Assembly (NCBI GenBank): GCA_944392325.1
Contig: CALXWI010000001.1
Location: 1 to 54,436, forward strand
Length of the DNA: 54,436 nt
Source: an uncultured Alphaproteobacteria bacterium
GTDB taxonomy: Bacteria; Pseudomonadota; Alphaproteobacteria; RF32; CAG-239
Direction: 5' to 3'
Shown here: piece after piece, positions 19,363 to 27,911 of the stretch
Position numbering within the stretch: the stretch's first letter is position 1
Layout of the letters: each line of letters starts with the position of its first letter
The notes under the pieces: model-generated
What the model saw: the letters and a program-made list of their open reading frames with translations, nothing else
What the model was told of the DNA's origin: nothing
Database searches by the model: none
Made by a program: the position numbers and the translations under genes

Positions 19363-19385
19363 AAAAAGGGCGTTAAAAGCGCCCT
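19361..19385. terminator. bidirectional intrinsic terminator between convergent dsbD and the tautomerase gene
   Basis: AGGGCG (19367-19372) pairs with CGCCCT (19380-19385). It is flanked by A7 upstream (a T-run for the minus strand) and by a weaker T-rich tract downstream. Confidence 0.7.
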
Positions 19386-19410
19386 CAAATTTTATGATAT
19401 CCCAGAAAAA

Positions 19411-19755
19411 TTAGCCCATCAGGCGGCCGCCATGGGATACTTCATCGGGTTTCATATCGGCAAAGTGGATGCCTACCAGCATAGATTCTGCGTGGAAATG
19501 CTTGATGGCCAGGTTGGTTAAAGCTTGTGCTAATTCAGCTTTTTTGCCGGAGGGGTAACCAATTGACTCCATTTCAATCAGAGCGCCGATTTTTGATGTT
19601 TCTCCGCCGAAAATCATAGTCTTACCGCTTTCAATCCGGACGATGACATAGCCCTCTGGCTTGTTTAAAATAGTAGCAACCAAGTGGCTGGCTTCGCTCA
19701 AGATGCTGGGTGTAACAGGTGTTGCGGCATTGGTTTCAATGGTTAAATAAGGCAT
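19411..19755 (-). CDS. MIF/phenylpyruvate tautomerase-like protein (tautomerase superfamily)
   Basis: 114 aa. Starts MPYLTIETN, so Pro-1 is retained after Met removal. The length and beta-alpha-beta pattern are typical of MIF-family members. Confidence 0.7.
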   Translation of the reverse strand: MPYLTIETNAATPVTPSILSEASHLVATILNKPEGYVIVRIESGKTMIFGGETSKIGALIEMESIGYPSGKKAELAQALTNLAIKHFHAESMLVGIHFADMKPDEVSHGGRLMG

Positions 19756-19776
19756 TATTTCCTCCGTGGGTTAGGG

Positions 19777-20493
19777 TTAAAATTCAATATCAGGCTCAAG
19801 TCCGTGTTCTCTTAAGCTTTGTAGGAGCTCTGCCAGAAAACGTTTTTCTTCATAATGGATGGCTCCGTCAGCAGCGCTGATTTTAGCGGCCTCATGAACA
19901 AGGTATTCAATATGCTCCTCATTGGTATGTTCAAGCTTATCGAGGCTGTCGTAAAAATCATCCTTATCATAGGGCAAGGTTTCAACAAATGCCTCAATAT
20001 ACTGGCGGCTGAAGTTGGCAGTATTGGGTTTGGCGGATTTGATATAATCAATAATTACCCTTTGTTTGACATCCGCCAGATTAGGGTTGAGTTTGGCAAA
20101 AAATTTGAGAATAATGGCCTCATTACGAATTTCATTAAGGTATTGATAATGGCTGGCGGCTTTATCCTCATTCCAAGGGCGGTTTTGTTGCAAAGGTTCA
20201 TCAGGTGTAGACAGAGCTTGACGAGTGTCTTGCTCGGCTTTGGCGGCCTCAAAATCTTTGATAAACAGTTGCATATCTTTATAATAACGGCGGGTTTTAG
20301 TATCATAGATATCATGGAAATAGCTGATATCCAGCACTCGGGTTTGTTTGGAGGCATAAAACAAGACATCAAAGTAATAATTGGCGCCTTTTTTCCAGAC
20401 ATTGCGGATAGATATCGGTTCTTCTCGCAGGGTGTTATTAAAGCGAATATTGGCTTTAAGCTGGTTGAAGTTTGAGCTCTGCGTATCAGTCAT
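19777..20493 (-). CDS. hypothetical protein with TerB-like C-terminal domain
   Basis: 238 aa. The C-terminal segment EEHIEYLVHEAAKISAADGAIHYEEKRFLAELLQSL resembles the TerB/DjlA-N (ADG...E) pattern. It lies immediately downstream of mfd (1-nt gap). Confidence 0.45.
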   Translation of the reverse strand: MTDTQSSNFNQLKANIRFNNTLREEPISIRNVWKKGANYYFDVLFYASKQTRVLDISYFHDIYDTKTRRYYKDMQLFIKDFEAAKAEQDTRQALSTPDEPLQQNRPWNEDKAASHYQYLNEIRNEAIILKFFAKLNPNLADVKQRVIIDYIKSAKPNTANFSRQYIEAFVETLPYDKDDFYDSLDKLEHTNEEHIEYLVHEAAKISAADGAIHYEEKRFLAELLQSLREHGLEPDIEF

Positions 20494-20494
20494 A

Positions 20495-23400
20495 TTAAAT
20501 CACCATTTCAACCAGTTTAGAAACGTATTTATGAATAGTATTAATACGCGCATCATAGCTGTCCAGAGTTTTTTCAATAAACAGGCGTTGGTCTGGGCGG
20601 ACCTTGATTAAGCCGCCTTGGCGGGCGATAAAGTCAAGCAGTTTGTCGGGCTTTTTGAAAGTATTATTATGAAAAGCGATAACTATTCCCTTGGCTCCGG
20701 CATCAATCTTGGCAATGTTGGCCAGATAGCACAGCTGTTTGATTTCTACGGTCTTGAGCAGATTGTCGACTTCAGGCGGTATCTTACCAAAGCGGTCGGT
20801 CAGTTCTTCACGCATATCAAGGATACCTTCTTTGTCTTGAATATCGCCGATGCGCTTATAAAGCCCTAAGCGGACGCCCAAATCGCGGACATAAGTTTCA
20901 GGGATCATAATCGGAATACCGGTGGTGATTTGCGGCGACCACTCACGCACGGTGGTTTGGGCGGCGGCTTGTTCTTCACCTGATTTCAAACGGGCAATTT
21001 CTTCTTCAAGCATATGTTGGTAGAGGGCAATACCGACCTCTTTGATATGGCCGGACTGTTCTTCGCCCAAAATATTACCCGAGCCGCGGATATCCATATC
21101 ATGGCTGGCCAAGGAGAAGCCGGCCCCAAGAGTATCAAGAGCTTGCAAAATGCTCAAGCGGCGTTCGGCAACGGGTTTAAGGTTCTTTTGTTTAGGGACC
21201 GTAAAGTAACAATAGCCACGGACTTTGGAACGGCCGACGCGCCCGCGAAGTTGGTATAATTGCGCCAGACCAAACATATCAGCCCGATGGACAATCATAG
21301 TATTTACGCTTGGCATATCAATACCGGATTCAATAATCGTGGTGGAAAGCAGTAAGTCTGCTTTGCCGTCGGAAAACTCGTTCATGACCTCTTCAAGTTT
21401 AGAAACCGGCATTTGTCCGTGAGCAACCAAAATTTTGATATCAGGAACGAGTTCGCACAGTTCCTTTTCTACCCCAAAGATATCAGAAACTCGGGGGCAG
21501 ACAAAGAAAGTTTGACCTCCGCGGAATTTTTCACGGTAGATGGCCTCTTTGATCATCACTTTATCAAAAGGCATAACAAACGTACGTGCGGCCAAGCGGT
21601 CAACCGGAGGAGTGGCAATAATGCTCAATTGTTTGACACCCGTCAAAGATAATTGCAGAGTACGGGGGATTGGGGTGGCGGTCAAGGTCAAGACGTGGAC
21701 ATCTGATTTAAGCGATTTGAGTTTTTCCTTATGGGCAACGCCGAAGTGTTGCTCTTCGTCAATAATCAGCATACCGAGGTTGGCAAACTTAATATCTTTA
21801 GCCAGCAGCGCATGAGTACCGATGACGATATCGACACTGCCGTCCTCAAGTCCGGCTTTGGTTTGCTTGGCCTCTTTAGGGGTAACAAGACGCGATAACA
21901 TACGGACATTTAAGGGGAAACCGTTCATCCGCTGTTTGAAGTTAAGATAATGTTGGCGAGCCAGCAAGGTGGTGGGCACAATCAATGCAACTTGGGCACC
22001 ATCTGCGGCCACGCTGAAAGCGGCTCGCAAGGCGACCTCTGTTTTGCCGAAACCGACATCGCCGCAGATTAGTCTATCCATCGGAATACCGGCATTCAAA
22101 TCAGCTAAGACATCATTAATGGCATTGATTTGGTCATCGGTTTCATTATAAGGGAATTTGGCGCAGAACTCGTCATATAATCCTTCAGGTGGGATAAAAT
22201 GAGTGGCTTTTTTAAGATGTCGTTCGGCGGCGATTTTGATGAGTTTTTCCGCAATGTCTTTAATCTTTTCTTTGGCTTTGGCTTTTTTGGCTTGCCAGGC
22301 GGCTCCGCCCAAGGTATCAAGCTGGGTGGTGTCGTCCTCAATGCCATAGCGAGATAAAACTTCAATATTTTCAACCGGAACAAAGAGTTTGGCGTCATTA
22401 GCATATAAAATTTTTAAGCAATCATGCGGGGCGCCACCGGCGGTAATATTCTCGAGCCCCAAAAACTTACCCACGCCGTGTTCAATATGAACTACCAACT
22501 CACCGACATTTAGGGAACCGACATCGGCAATAAAGTCTTTGGAGGAGGCTTTTTTAGCGGTGCGACGGGTGTGGCGCTCGCCCAAAATATCTTGCTCGGA
22601 AATAATGCACCAGCCGTCATTATGGATATCAGATACACAGCGGAAGCCTTGGTTGAGGTCGACAACCGCCATGGCTACTTGTTTGGCGGAGGCTTTTTTG
22701 ACGGCATCAGCCCAATCGGCGCTAAAGGCCAGTTCTTCAATCTTATGTTCGGTCATCAGTGAGAACAAGCGTTCGCGCGAGCCCTCGGTAGAGCAGCAGA
22801 TTATGCGGCGGAGTTTGCGGTTTTCGCTCAGATAATCTTTGAGTTCTGAATAGACCTCGGAGGCGCTGATTTGGCGGGCATGTGAGAAATCGCGTCCGGG
22901 GAGGACGCCGATATTAAGCACATCATCGCTGCTCGGAATACTCATTGGGGTTAAAGATATGGTCTTTTTTTGCTTTAACAGGTGATGGAGCTCATCGTCA
23001 TTAAGGTAGAGTTGTTCCGGCGGAACGGGGCGGTAAGTATCAACCTCGTTAGATGACTTTACCTGTAAGGCCTCCAGACGAGCGTGGTAATAATCAGCGA
23101 TACTGTCGCATTTGGCGCGAGCGGCTTCATCAATGCTTTTGCCGGTGATGACCTTGGCCATGGGCAAGTAGTCAAACAAGGTCAGCAATGGCTCTTCATA
23201 GAAGAAAGGCAGCCAGTTTTCCATGCCCATATATTTTTGCCCGTTGCTGATGGCTTCGTAGAGTTCGTCTTTTTGACCGTCAGCGCCAAAGGCCTCGCGG
23301 TATTTGGTGCGGAAGTTTTTGATGGTATTGTTATCAACCACGACCTCGTTCATGACCTGAAAGCAATAGCTTTGCAGCTCGCCGGTGGTGCGTTGGCTCA

Positions 23401-23989
23401 TGACATCAAAAGTACGAATCTTTTCAACTTCATCGTCAAACAAATCAATACGCAGAGGCTCTTTGGTTCCAACCGGAAAGATATCTAAAATATCACCCCT
23501 GACAGCGTATTCTCCGGGCTCGTAGACTTGTTCAACTCGGTTGTAGCCGTTGATGACGGCGTAATGGATAAAGTCATTAAAATTAAGTTTGCCGCCGGTT
23601 TTAATCTCCCTCATGGCATTTAAGAAGATTTTACGCGGAGGGAGTTTTTGCAACACGGCGCCGATGCTGCTGATGATGACTCTGGGCTGCTTGGGTGATG
23701 GGTTTTCGGTTAACTCAGCCAGAACCGCAATCCGCTCGGCAATGATATTGACATTAGGAGAGACGCGGTCGTAGGGTACGGTATCCCATGCCGGAAACTT
23801 TAATATTTTCAACTCAGGCGCAATAAAGTGCAAAAACTCGGCCGTGCGCTCCAGCGTGATGCCGTCGCTCACGATATATAAAACATCTTGTTTAGTGCCT
23901 TGGCAGAAGTCTTTGAGCAAAAAAGCATCGTAGCCGTCGGCAACCGAGGATATTGTAATTTTTTCAAGTTTGCTTATATCTATTTGCAT
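20495..23989 (-). CDS. mfd: transcription-repair coupling factor
   Basis: 1164 aa. UvrB-homology N-terminus, CarD/RID-like region, and superfamily-2 helicase motifs (GDVGFGKTEVA, DEEQHFG, LTATPIPRTL, QLRGRVGR). Confidence 0.95.
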   Translation of the reverse strand: MQIDISKLEKITISSVADGYDAFLLKDFCQGTKQDVLYIVSDGITLERTAEFLHFIAPELKILKFPAWDTVPYDRVSPNVNIIAERIAVLAELTENPSPKQPRVIISSIGAVLQKLPPRKIFLNAMREIKTGGKLNFNDFIHYAVINGYNRVEQVYEPGEYAVRGDILDIFPVGTKEPLRIDLFDDEVEKIRTFDVMSQRTTGELQSYCFQVMNEVVVDNNTIKNFRTKYREAFGADGQKDELYEAISNGQKYMGMENWLPFFYEEPLLTLFDYLPMAKVITGKSIDEAARAKCDSIADYYHARLEALQVKSSNEVDTYRPVPPEQLYLNDDELHHLLKQKKTISLTPMSIPSSDDVLNIGVLPGRDFSHARQISASEVYSELKDYLSENRKLRRIICCSTEGSRERLFSLMTEHKIEELAFSADWADAVKKASAKQVAMAVVDLNQGFRCVSDIHNDGWCIISEQDILGERHTRRTAKKASSKDFIADVGSLNVGELVVHIEHGVGKFLGLENITAGGAPHDCLKILYANDAKLFVPVENIEVLSRYGIEDDTTQLDTLGGAAWQAKKAKAKEKIKDIAEKLIKIAAERHLKKATHFIPPEGLYDEFCAKFPYNETDDQINAINDVLADLNAGIPMDRLICGDVGFGKTEVALRAAFSVAADGAQVALIVPTTLLARQHYLNFKQRMNGFPLNVRMLSRLVTPKEAKQTKAGLEDGSVDIVIGTHALLAKDIKFANLGMLIIDEEQHFGVAHKEKLKSLKSDVHVLTLTATPIPRTLQLSLTGVKQLSIIATPPVDRLAARTFVMPFDKVMIKEAIYREKFRGGQTFFVCPRVSDIFGVEKELCELVPDIKILVAHGQMPVSKLEEVMNEFSDGKADLLLSTTIIESGIDMPSVNTMIVHRADMFGLAQLYQLRGRVGRSKVRGYCYFTVPKQKNLKPVAERRLSILQALDTLGAGFSLASHDMDIRGSGNILGEEQSGHIKEVGIALYQHMLEEEIARLKSGEEQAAAQTTVREWSPQITTGIPIMIPETYVRDLGVRLGLYKRIGDIQDKEGILDMREELTDRFGKIPPEVDNLLKTVEIKQLCYLANIAKIDAGAKGIVIAFHNNTFKKPDKLLDFIARQGGLIKVRPDQRLFIEKTLDSYDARINTIHKYVSKLVEMVI

Positions 23990-24088
23990 AGCGGTTGTTC
24001 TTAATTGTTTACATCTGTATATAAAATATATACAATACCGTTTAATGGCAACATTTTTCTTTAACTTTGTTTACGGAGAGGCCGGTTT

Positions 24089-26167
24089 ATGCGTCCACAG
24101 GTTTTGTTTCCGCTGTTTACGGATATTGCATCACTCAAAGGAATTGGGGCAAAATACGAAAAGCTAATCAAAAAGCTTTGCGGTGATAAAGTCGTCGATA
24201 TGCTGTGGCACCTGCCCTACTCCTTGATTGACCGGACTTATCAGCCCAAAATTGCTACGGCGCAGGAAGGCAAAGTCGCAACTATTAAAGTCCGCGTGGT
24301 TGAGCATATTCCACCCAAAAGCAAAAAGCAGCCCTATAAGGTGGTGGTGGAAGATGACAGCGATGAAATGATACTCAACTTTTTTAAGGTCTATGCCGAC
24401 TCCACTGCCAAAAATCTGCCCGTCGGAGAAGAACGAGTTATCAGCGGTAAAGTCGAAAGCTTTAACGGTATGAAGCAGATGACGCATCCTGATTATATTG
24501 TTTTGCCTGCAGAGGCGGAAAAAATCATCGGAATCGAGCCGGTGTACCCGCTCACGGCCGGAGTAACCAACAAAATGCTGTGCCGCTTGGTTAGGCAGGC
24601 TTTGCAAAGAGTGGCAGACTACCCCGAGTGGGAAGATGATAAGTTTGTGCATCAACGCGGGTTTATGCCTTTTCGCCAAGCTTTATTGCAGGCTCATTTT
24701 CCTAAAAAAATAGCCGATGTCGAGCCCAGCTCTTTAGCCCGTATGCGCTTGGCTTATGATGAGTTGTTAGCCAACCAACTGGCTTTGGCCATTGTGCGGC
24801 AAAAGGTCAAAAAGCAACCGGGGCGCGTATTAGCATCAAGTGGGGAGCTGCAGCGCAAGGTGTTGTCGCATTTATCTTTTGATTTGACTAACGCGCAAAA
24901 ACGCGTGTTGGCGGAGATTGAGGCCGACCAGAAAGCTCCGTTCAGAATGCTGCGCTTACTGCAAGGCGATGTGGGCTCCGGCAAAACAATTGTGGCCTTG
25001 CTCTCAATGCTGAATGCCGTGGAATGCGGGGCGCAAGCTGCAATTATGGCGCCAACTGAAATCTTGGCTAAGCAACACCTTGAAACCATGCAACCCTTAT
25101 GCGCGCAGTTAGGTGTGCGAGCAGAGTTGCTGACCGGACGAGTAAAAGGCAAAGCGCGCAAGCAGATTTTGGAAGATTTGGCGCTCGGTAAAATTAACAT
25201 TATTATCGGTACGCATGCTTTGTTTGTGGACGACGTGGCGTTTAAGGATTTGGCTTATATTGTGGTTGATGAACAGCATCGCTTTGGCGTACAGCAGCGA
25301 TTGGCGCTTTCGGCCAAAGGTAACGATGCCGATATTTTGGTGATGACGGCAACCCCTATTCCCAGAACTTTGGTCTTAACCGCGTATGGGGATATGGAGT
25401 ATTCGAAAATTGATGAAGTACCGGCCGGACGCAAACCGGTTGATACGCGTGCCGTACCCCTATCCAAGCTGCCTGATGTGGTGGCCGGCCTTAAGCGCAA
25501 GTTGGATGACGGCTGCCGAGCTTATTGGGTTTGTCCACTGGTGGAAGAATCTGAAAAAACTGACCTCGCTGCCGCCGAAGAGCGCTTTGCCACCTTGCAA
25601 CGAGTATTCGGTAACAAAGTCGGAATGGTTCACGGCAAGATGAAAGAAGCCGAAAAAGATGCGGTGATGGAAGACTTTAAGTCAGGCAAAATAACCTTGT
25701 TAGTGGCAACAACCGTAATCGAGGTCGGGGTAAATGTGCCGGAAGCCACGCTGATGATTATTGAGCATGCCGAGCGCTTTGGTTTGGCGCAATTGCACCA
25801 ACTGCGCGGGCGGATTAAGCGCGGTTTTCAGGCCTCAACTTGTATTTTGATGTATGGGTATCCGCTATCTGAAACGTCTCGTTCTCGTTTAGATATTATG
25901 CGCAAGACCGAAGACGGCTTTTTAATCGCCGAAAAAGACCTTGAGTTGCGTGGCGGCGGAGAAATCTTGGGTACGCGGCAATCCGGTTTCAGCGAGTTTA
26001 AGGTGGCCGATATGTCAGTCCACAAAGATTTGCTTTATACGGCTAACAAAGATGCTAAGCTGATTTTGGAGCTCGACCCGGCACTGGCGTCTCCACGTGG
26101 GCAGGCCTTGCGCATTTTGCTCTATCTATTTGGTCAAGATGATGCGGTTCGCACCTATCGCTCCTAA
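24089..26167 (+). CDS. recG: ATP-dependent DNA helicase RecG
   Basis: 692 aa. Wedge/OB N-terminal domain and helicase motifs (GDVGSGKTIVA, DEQHRFG, MTATPIPRTL, QLRGRIKRG). Divergent from mfd. Confidence 0.95.
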   Translation: MRPQVLFPLFTDIASLKGIGAKYEKLIKKLCGDKVVDMLWHLPYSLIDRTYQPKIATAQEGKVATIKVRVVEHIPPKSKKQPYKVVVEDDSDEMILNFFKVYADSTAKNLPVGEERVISGKVESFNGMKQMTHPDYIVLPAEAEKIIGIEPVYPLTAGVTNKMLCRLVRQALQRVADYPEWEDDKFVHQRGFMPFRQALLQAHFPKKIADVEPSSLARMRLAYDELLANQLALAIVRQKVKKQPGRVLASSGELQRKVLSHLSFDLTNAQKRVLAEIEADQKAPFRMLRLLQGDVGSGKTIVALLSMLNAVECGAQAAIMAPTEILAKQHLETMQPLCAQLGVRAELLTGRVKGKARKQILEDLALGKINIIIGTHALFVDDVAFKDLAYIVVDEQHRFGVQQRLALSAKGNDADILVMTATPIPRTLVLTAYGDMEYSKIDEVPAGRKPVDTRAVPLSKLPDVVAGLKRKLDDGCRAYWVCPLVEESEKTDLAAAEERFATLQRVFGNKVGMVHGKMKEAEKDAVMEDFKSGKITLLVATTVIEVGVNVPEATLMIIEHAERFGLAQLHQLRGRIKRGFQASTCILMYGYPLSETSRSRLDIMRKTEDGFLIAEKDLELRGGGEILGTRQSGFSEFKVADMSVHKDLLYTANKDAKLILELDPALASPRGQALRILLYLFGQDDAVRTYRS

Positions 26168-26212
26168 CCAAACGGGCGCCGTTTGATCCGCTCAGTTAGC
26201 GGTAGATAGATT

Positions 26213-26248
26213 GGGGCAGAGAAACGAACTCCGTTCGCCCCCCTGCCC
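26213..26248 (-). other. strand-specific 16-bp hairpin just downstream of the Cys-rich protein gene
   Basis: The minus-strand RNA GGGCAGGGGGGCGAAC-GGA-GUUCGUUUCUCUGCCC pairs continuously (16 bp, 4 of them G-U). On the plus strand those positions become C-A mismatches. There is no trailing U-run beyond the stem. Confidence 0.5.
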
Positions 26249-26256
26249 GTTGGACT

Positions 26257-27072
26257 TTACCATGAAGTTAGAATAGGTCGAGCGTAACCGGAAGCTGATC
26301 CGTGGTAGTAATCATATACTTTACCATTGTACATACCAACAGCATAATAGTTATAGTCGGCAGTATTGAAAGTGGATGACCAATACCAATTTTCCGCAAA
26401 TTGTCCGCCATTATTTATTGATAATAAACTGTTTAATTGAGATTTGTTGTTATAAATAGTTAATAGCTGGTCTTTACTAGGCAAAGAACCTTTAAGATTA
26501 TTGCAGAAAGTGTAGTTAGAACATTGGCTGTTAGCATTGTTCCAATTCATAGTCCCCAAATCTTGCATAGCTATATAAAAATTCATTCCACTAGTTTTAA
26601 TACCTACTACGGTACCATTGCAATAAAATAGTTCTCCTTGGGCCCCATTTAATTGTTGTTGACACCCTCCATCTTTCCACTCGTAGCCAGAGGCACATGT
26701 GCAGGATTGATACTTATCGCCGCAAGCAGCACCTGTGCCGCCGGAGTAACCAGTGCCGGTGCAGGTATATTTATAGCTGGAATCACAAGTACAGGTTTTG
26801 TATTTGCCGTTGCAGGTTTCACCTGAACCGCTCTCCCCTGCTCCGGTGCAATCTTTATCATAGCCTAATTTAATACAGTCCTGCGCCGCCGTGCCGCCGC
26901 AATACCAGCCGTTGCCAAACGGACATTTTACGCCTTTTCCATTGGGGCAAGAAGTTTGGGTATAGCCCAAAGCATAACAATCTTGAATTGGGGATACGCA
27001 TTGCGCGCTTAAAGTTTGAGGTAAAAAGGACAGAGATGTCCCTAAGAGTAAAAATAGTTTAGTATTAGTCAT
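26257..27072 (-). CDS. secreted Cys-rich modular protein with DUF1566 (Lcl C-terminal)-like domain
   Basis: Signal peptide MTNTKLFLLLGTSLSFLPQTLSA. Two copies of a CTG..(S/T)GG.G.AC(G/D).KY..C.C module. C-terminal part with SLPSKDQLLTIY and WYWSST motifs typical of DUF1566. AAGGTG lies 6 nt upstream of the ATG at 27072. Confidence 0.7.
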   Translation of the reverse strand: MTNTKLFLLLGTSLSFLPQTLSAQCVSPIQDCYALGYTQTSCPNGKGVKCPFGNGWYCGGTAAQDCIKLGYDKDCTGAGESGSGETCNGKYKTCTCDSSYKYTCTGTGYSGGTGAACGDKYQSCTCASGYEWKDGGCQQQLNGAQGELFYCNGTVVGIKTSGMNFYIAMQDLGTMNWNNANSQCSNYTFCNNLKGSLPSKDQLLTIYNNKSQLNSLLSINNGGQFAENWYWSSTFNTADYNYYAVGMYNGKVYDYYHGSASGYARPILTSW

Positions 27073-27097
27073 CACACACACCTTATCTTTTTTATGG

Positions 27098-27134
27098 TTA
27101 AAAAGAACGCCCCTCTTTAAATTTTAGAGGAGCG
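27098..27134 (-). terminator. intrinsic terminator about 25 nt upstream of the Cys-rich protein start codon
   Basis: The minus strand CGCUCCUCU-(9-nt loop)-AGAGGGGCG forms a 9-bp stem including one G-U, followed by UUCUUUUU. On the plus strand the G-U becomes a C-A mismatch, so the hairpin is minus-strand specific. Confidence 0.75.
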
Positions 27135-27337
27135 GGTGTTTGCGAACTGTTGAAACGAACAGCCCCGACGTTTTCGTGCAGAGCCTTATTAACCGCCGGC
27201 ACCCGCATATGATAAGCGTATGCAAATGCCAGCATATTATTTTAAGTCGCTATGCTTTAACGACTCGTTTCAAAGGGTCGCAAAACCCTGACCGATAGTC
27301 TTTATCGGCTAAGATTGAGTTTAGCATAGTAAAGCTT
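27098..27337 (-). promoter_or_regulatory. candidate structured 5' leader (riboswitch or attenuator) or independent sRNA of about 240 nt
   Basis: GC-enriched relative to the flanking AT-rich spacers and has no ORF. It contains nested helices: 27323-27329 with 27250-27256 enclosing hairpins at 27292-27308, 27274-27289 and 27260-27270, and 27200-27206 with 27132-27138 enclosing two more hairpins. It is bounded by a promoter-like element and the terminator above. Confidence 0.45.
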
Positions 27338-27344
27338 AAAAATC

Positions 27345-27372
27345 AATATACGAAAAAAAATAAATAAGCCAA
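27345..27372 (-). promoter_or_regulatory. candidate sigma70-type promoter driving the structured leader
   Basis: The minus strand reads TTGGCT (27372-27367), 16-nt spacer, TATATT (27350-27345). It lies just downstream of the lipoprotein gene terminator. Confidence 0.4.
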
Positions 27373-27386
27373 TATCTAAAAAGCAT

Positions 27387-27410
27387 AAAAAAAGGAGCCG
27401 GTTAAGCTCC
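27387..27410 (-). terminator. intrinsic terminator after the lipoprotein gene
   Basis: GGAGC (27394-27398) pairs with GCTCC (27406-27410). On the minus strand a T7 run follows. It lies 26 nt past the stop at 27436. Confidence 0.65.
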
Positions 27411-27435
27411 GTAAGGTAAAATCTGGTGCAATTGG

Positions 27436-27762
27436 TTAATGCAAGTTTATGCTGTCAATATAGGCGTCGCACATATTGCCTTCATAGCGCCAATTGTCCA
27501 GCCGTTTTTTGTAGAAAACAAAGGTGATTTTGCACAATTGTGGAACGACATGGCCATAACCGGCATAAGCTGAACCGGTCTTGAAATAAGTTAAAAACTT
27601 TTCATTGCCCATTTCATATACACTGTCTGGTGCGCCAACAATATTAACCAGCTCTTTCTCATTAATACCAATGAAGCTCTCATATCCCGTACGGCGCCGG
27701 CGTTCAGGGGCACATGACGATAACAAGCTCAAGCACACCAATAAAAGCAGACATTTACGCAT
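27436..27762 (-). CDS. small lipoprotein, function unknown
   Basis: MRKCLLLLVCLSLLSSC contains a signal peptide plus lipobox (LSSC). 108 aa. Confidence 0.7.
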   Translation of the reverse strand: MRKCLLLLVCLSLLSSCAPERRRRTGYESFIGINEKELVNIVGAPDSVYEMGNEKFLTYFKTGSAYAGYGHVVPQLCKITFVFYKKRLDNWRYEGNMCDAYIDSINLH

Positions 27763-27911
27763 TCTGTTAAATCCTTAAATTGCAAAAGATGTTATTATGC
27801 TAATCTATATTGGTTAAAAAAACATTATCGCCATTATTTTTTATTTTAATCTAATATTAAATAATTGCCTTTAGTCTTAGTTACATAGTTTTATATTTTA
27901 GGAGAGCCGGA

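Noticed and set aside
19855-20475. 206-aa plus-strand ORF almost fully overlapping the 238-aa minus-strand gene
   Set aside because: Its composition is typical of antisense reading through an AT-rich gene (I/F/L/G-rich with no motifs). The minus-strand frame has a TerB-like segment and fits operon spacing with mfd and the tautomerase gene.
24164-24679. 171-aa minus-strand ORF, and the 148-aa ORF at 24754-25200, inside recG
   Set aside because: Antisense to recG helicase motifs and typical shadow ORFs. The same reasoning applies to the many 60-130-aa ORFs inside mfd, parC, rnfC and the giant coiled-coil gene.
26169-26202. Hairpins after recG (CAAACGG-GCG-CCGTTTG, CCGCT-CAGTT-AGCGG) as an intrinsic terminator
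   Set aside because: The stems are present, but no U-run follows either one. They may still act as Rho-dependent or bidirectional stop signals, so they are not called as features.
27098-27337. Assignment of the structured leader to a known RNA family (cobalamin, TPP, glycine, SAM-II, c-di-GMP-I/II, ZTP, fluoride, guanidine, Mn, SRP, 6S, tmRNA, RNase P)
   Set aside because: By eye I could not find the diagnostic conserved motifs of any of these: no B12 box, CUGAGA, GGAAGGAAGC, GAGGAAAGUCC, or CCA-ending acceptor. It is left as an unclassified candidate. A covariance-model scan is still needed.
26257-27340. A DGR template repeat or reverse transcriptase next to the VR-like tail
   Set aside because: Neither strand of the 27.1-27.34-kb non-coding region shows similarity to the 26270-26390 coding segment. 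No ORF in the window has reverse transcriptase motifs (YxDD). The DGR idea is therefore kept only as a low-confidence hypothesis.
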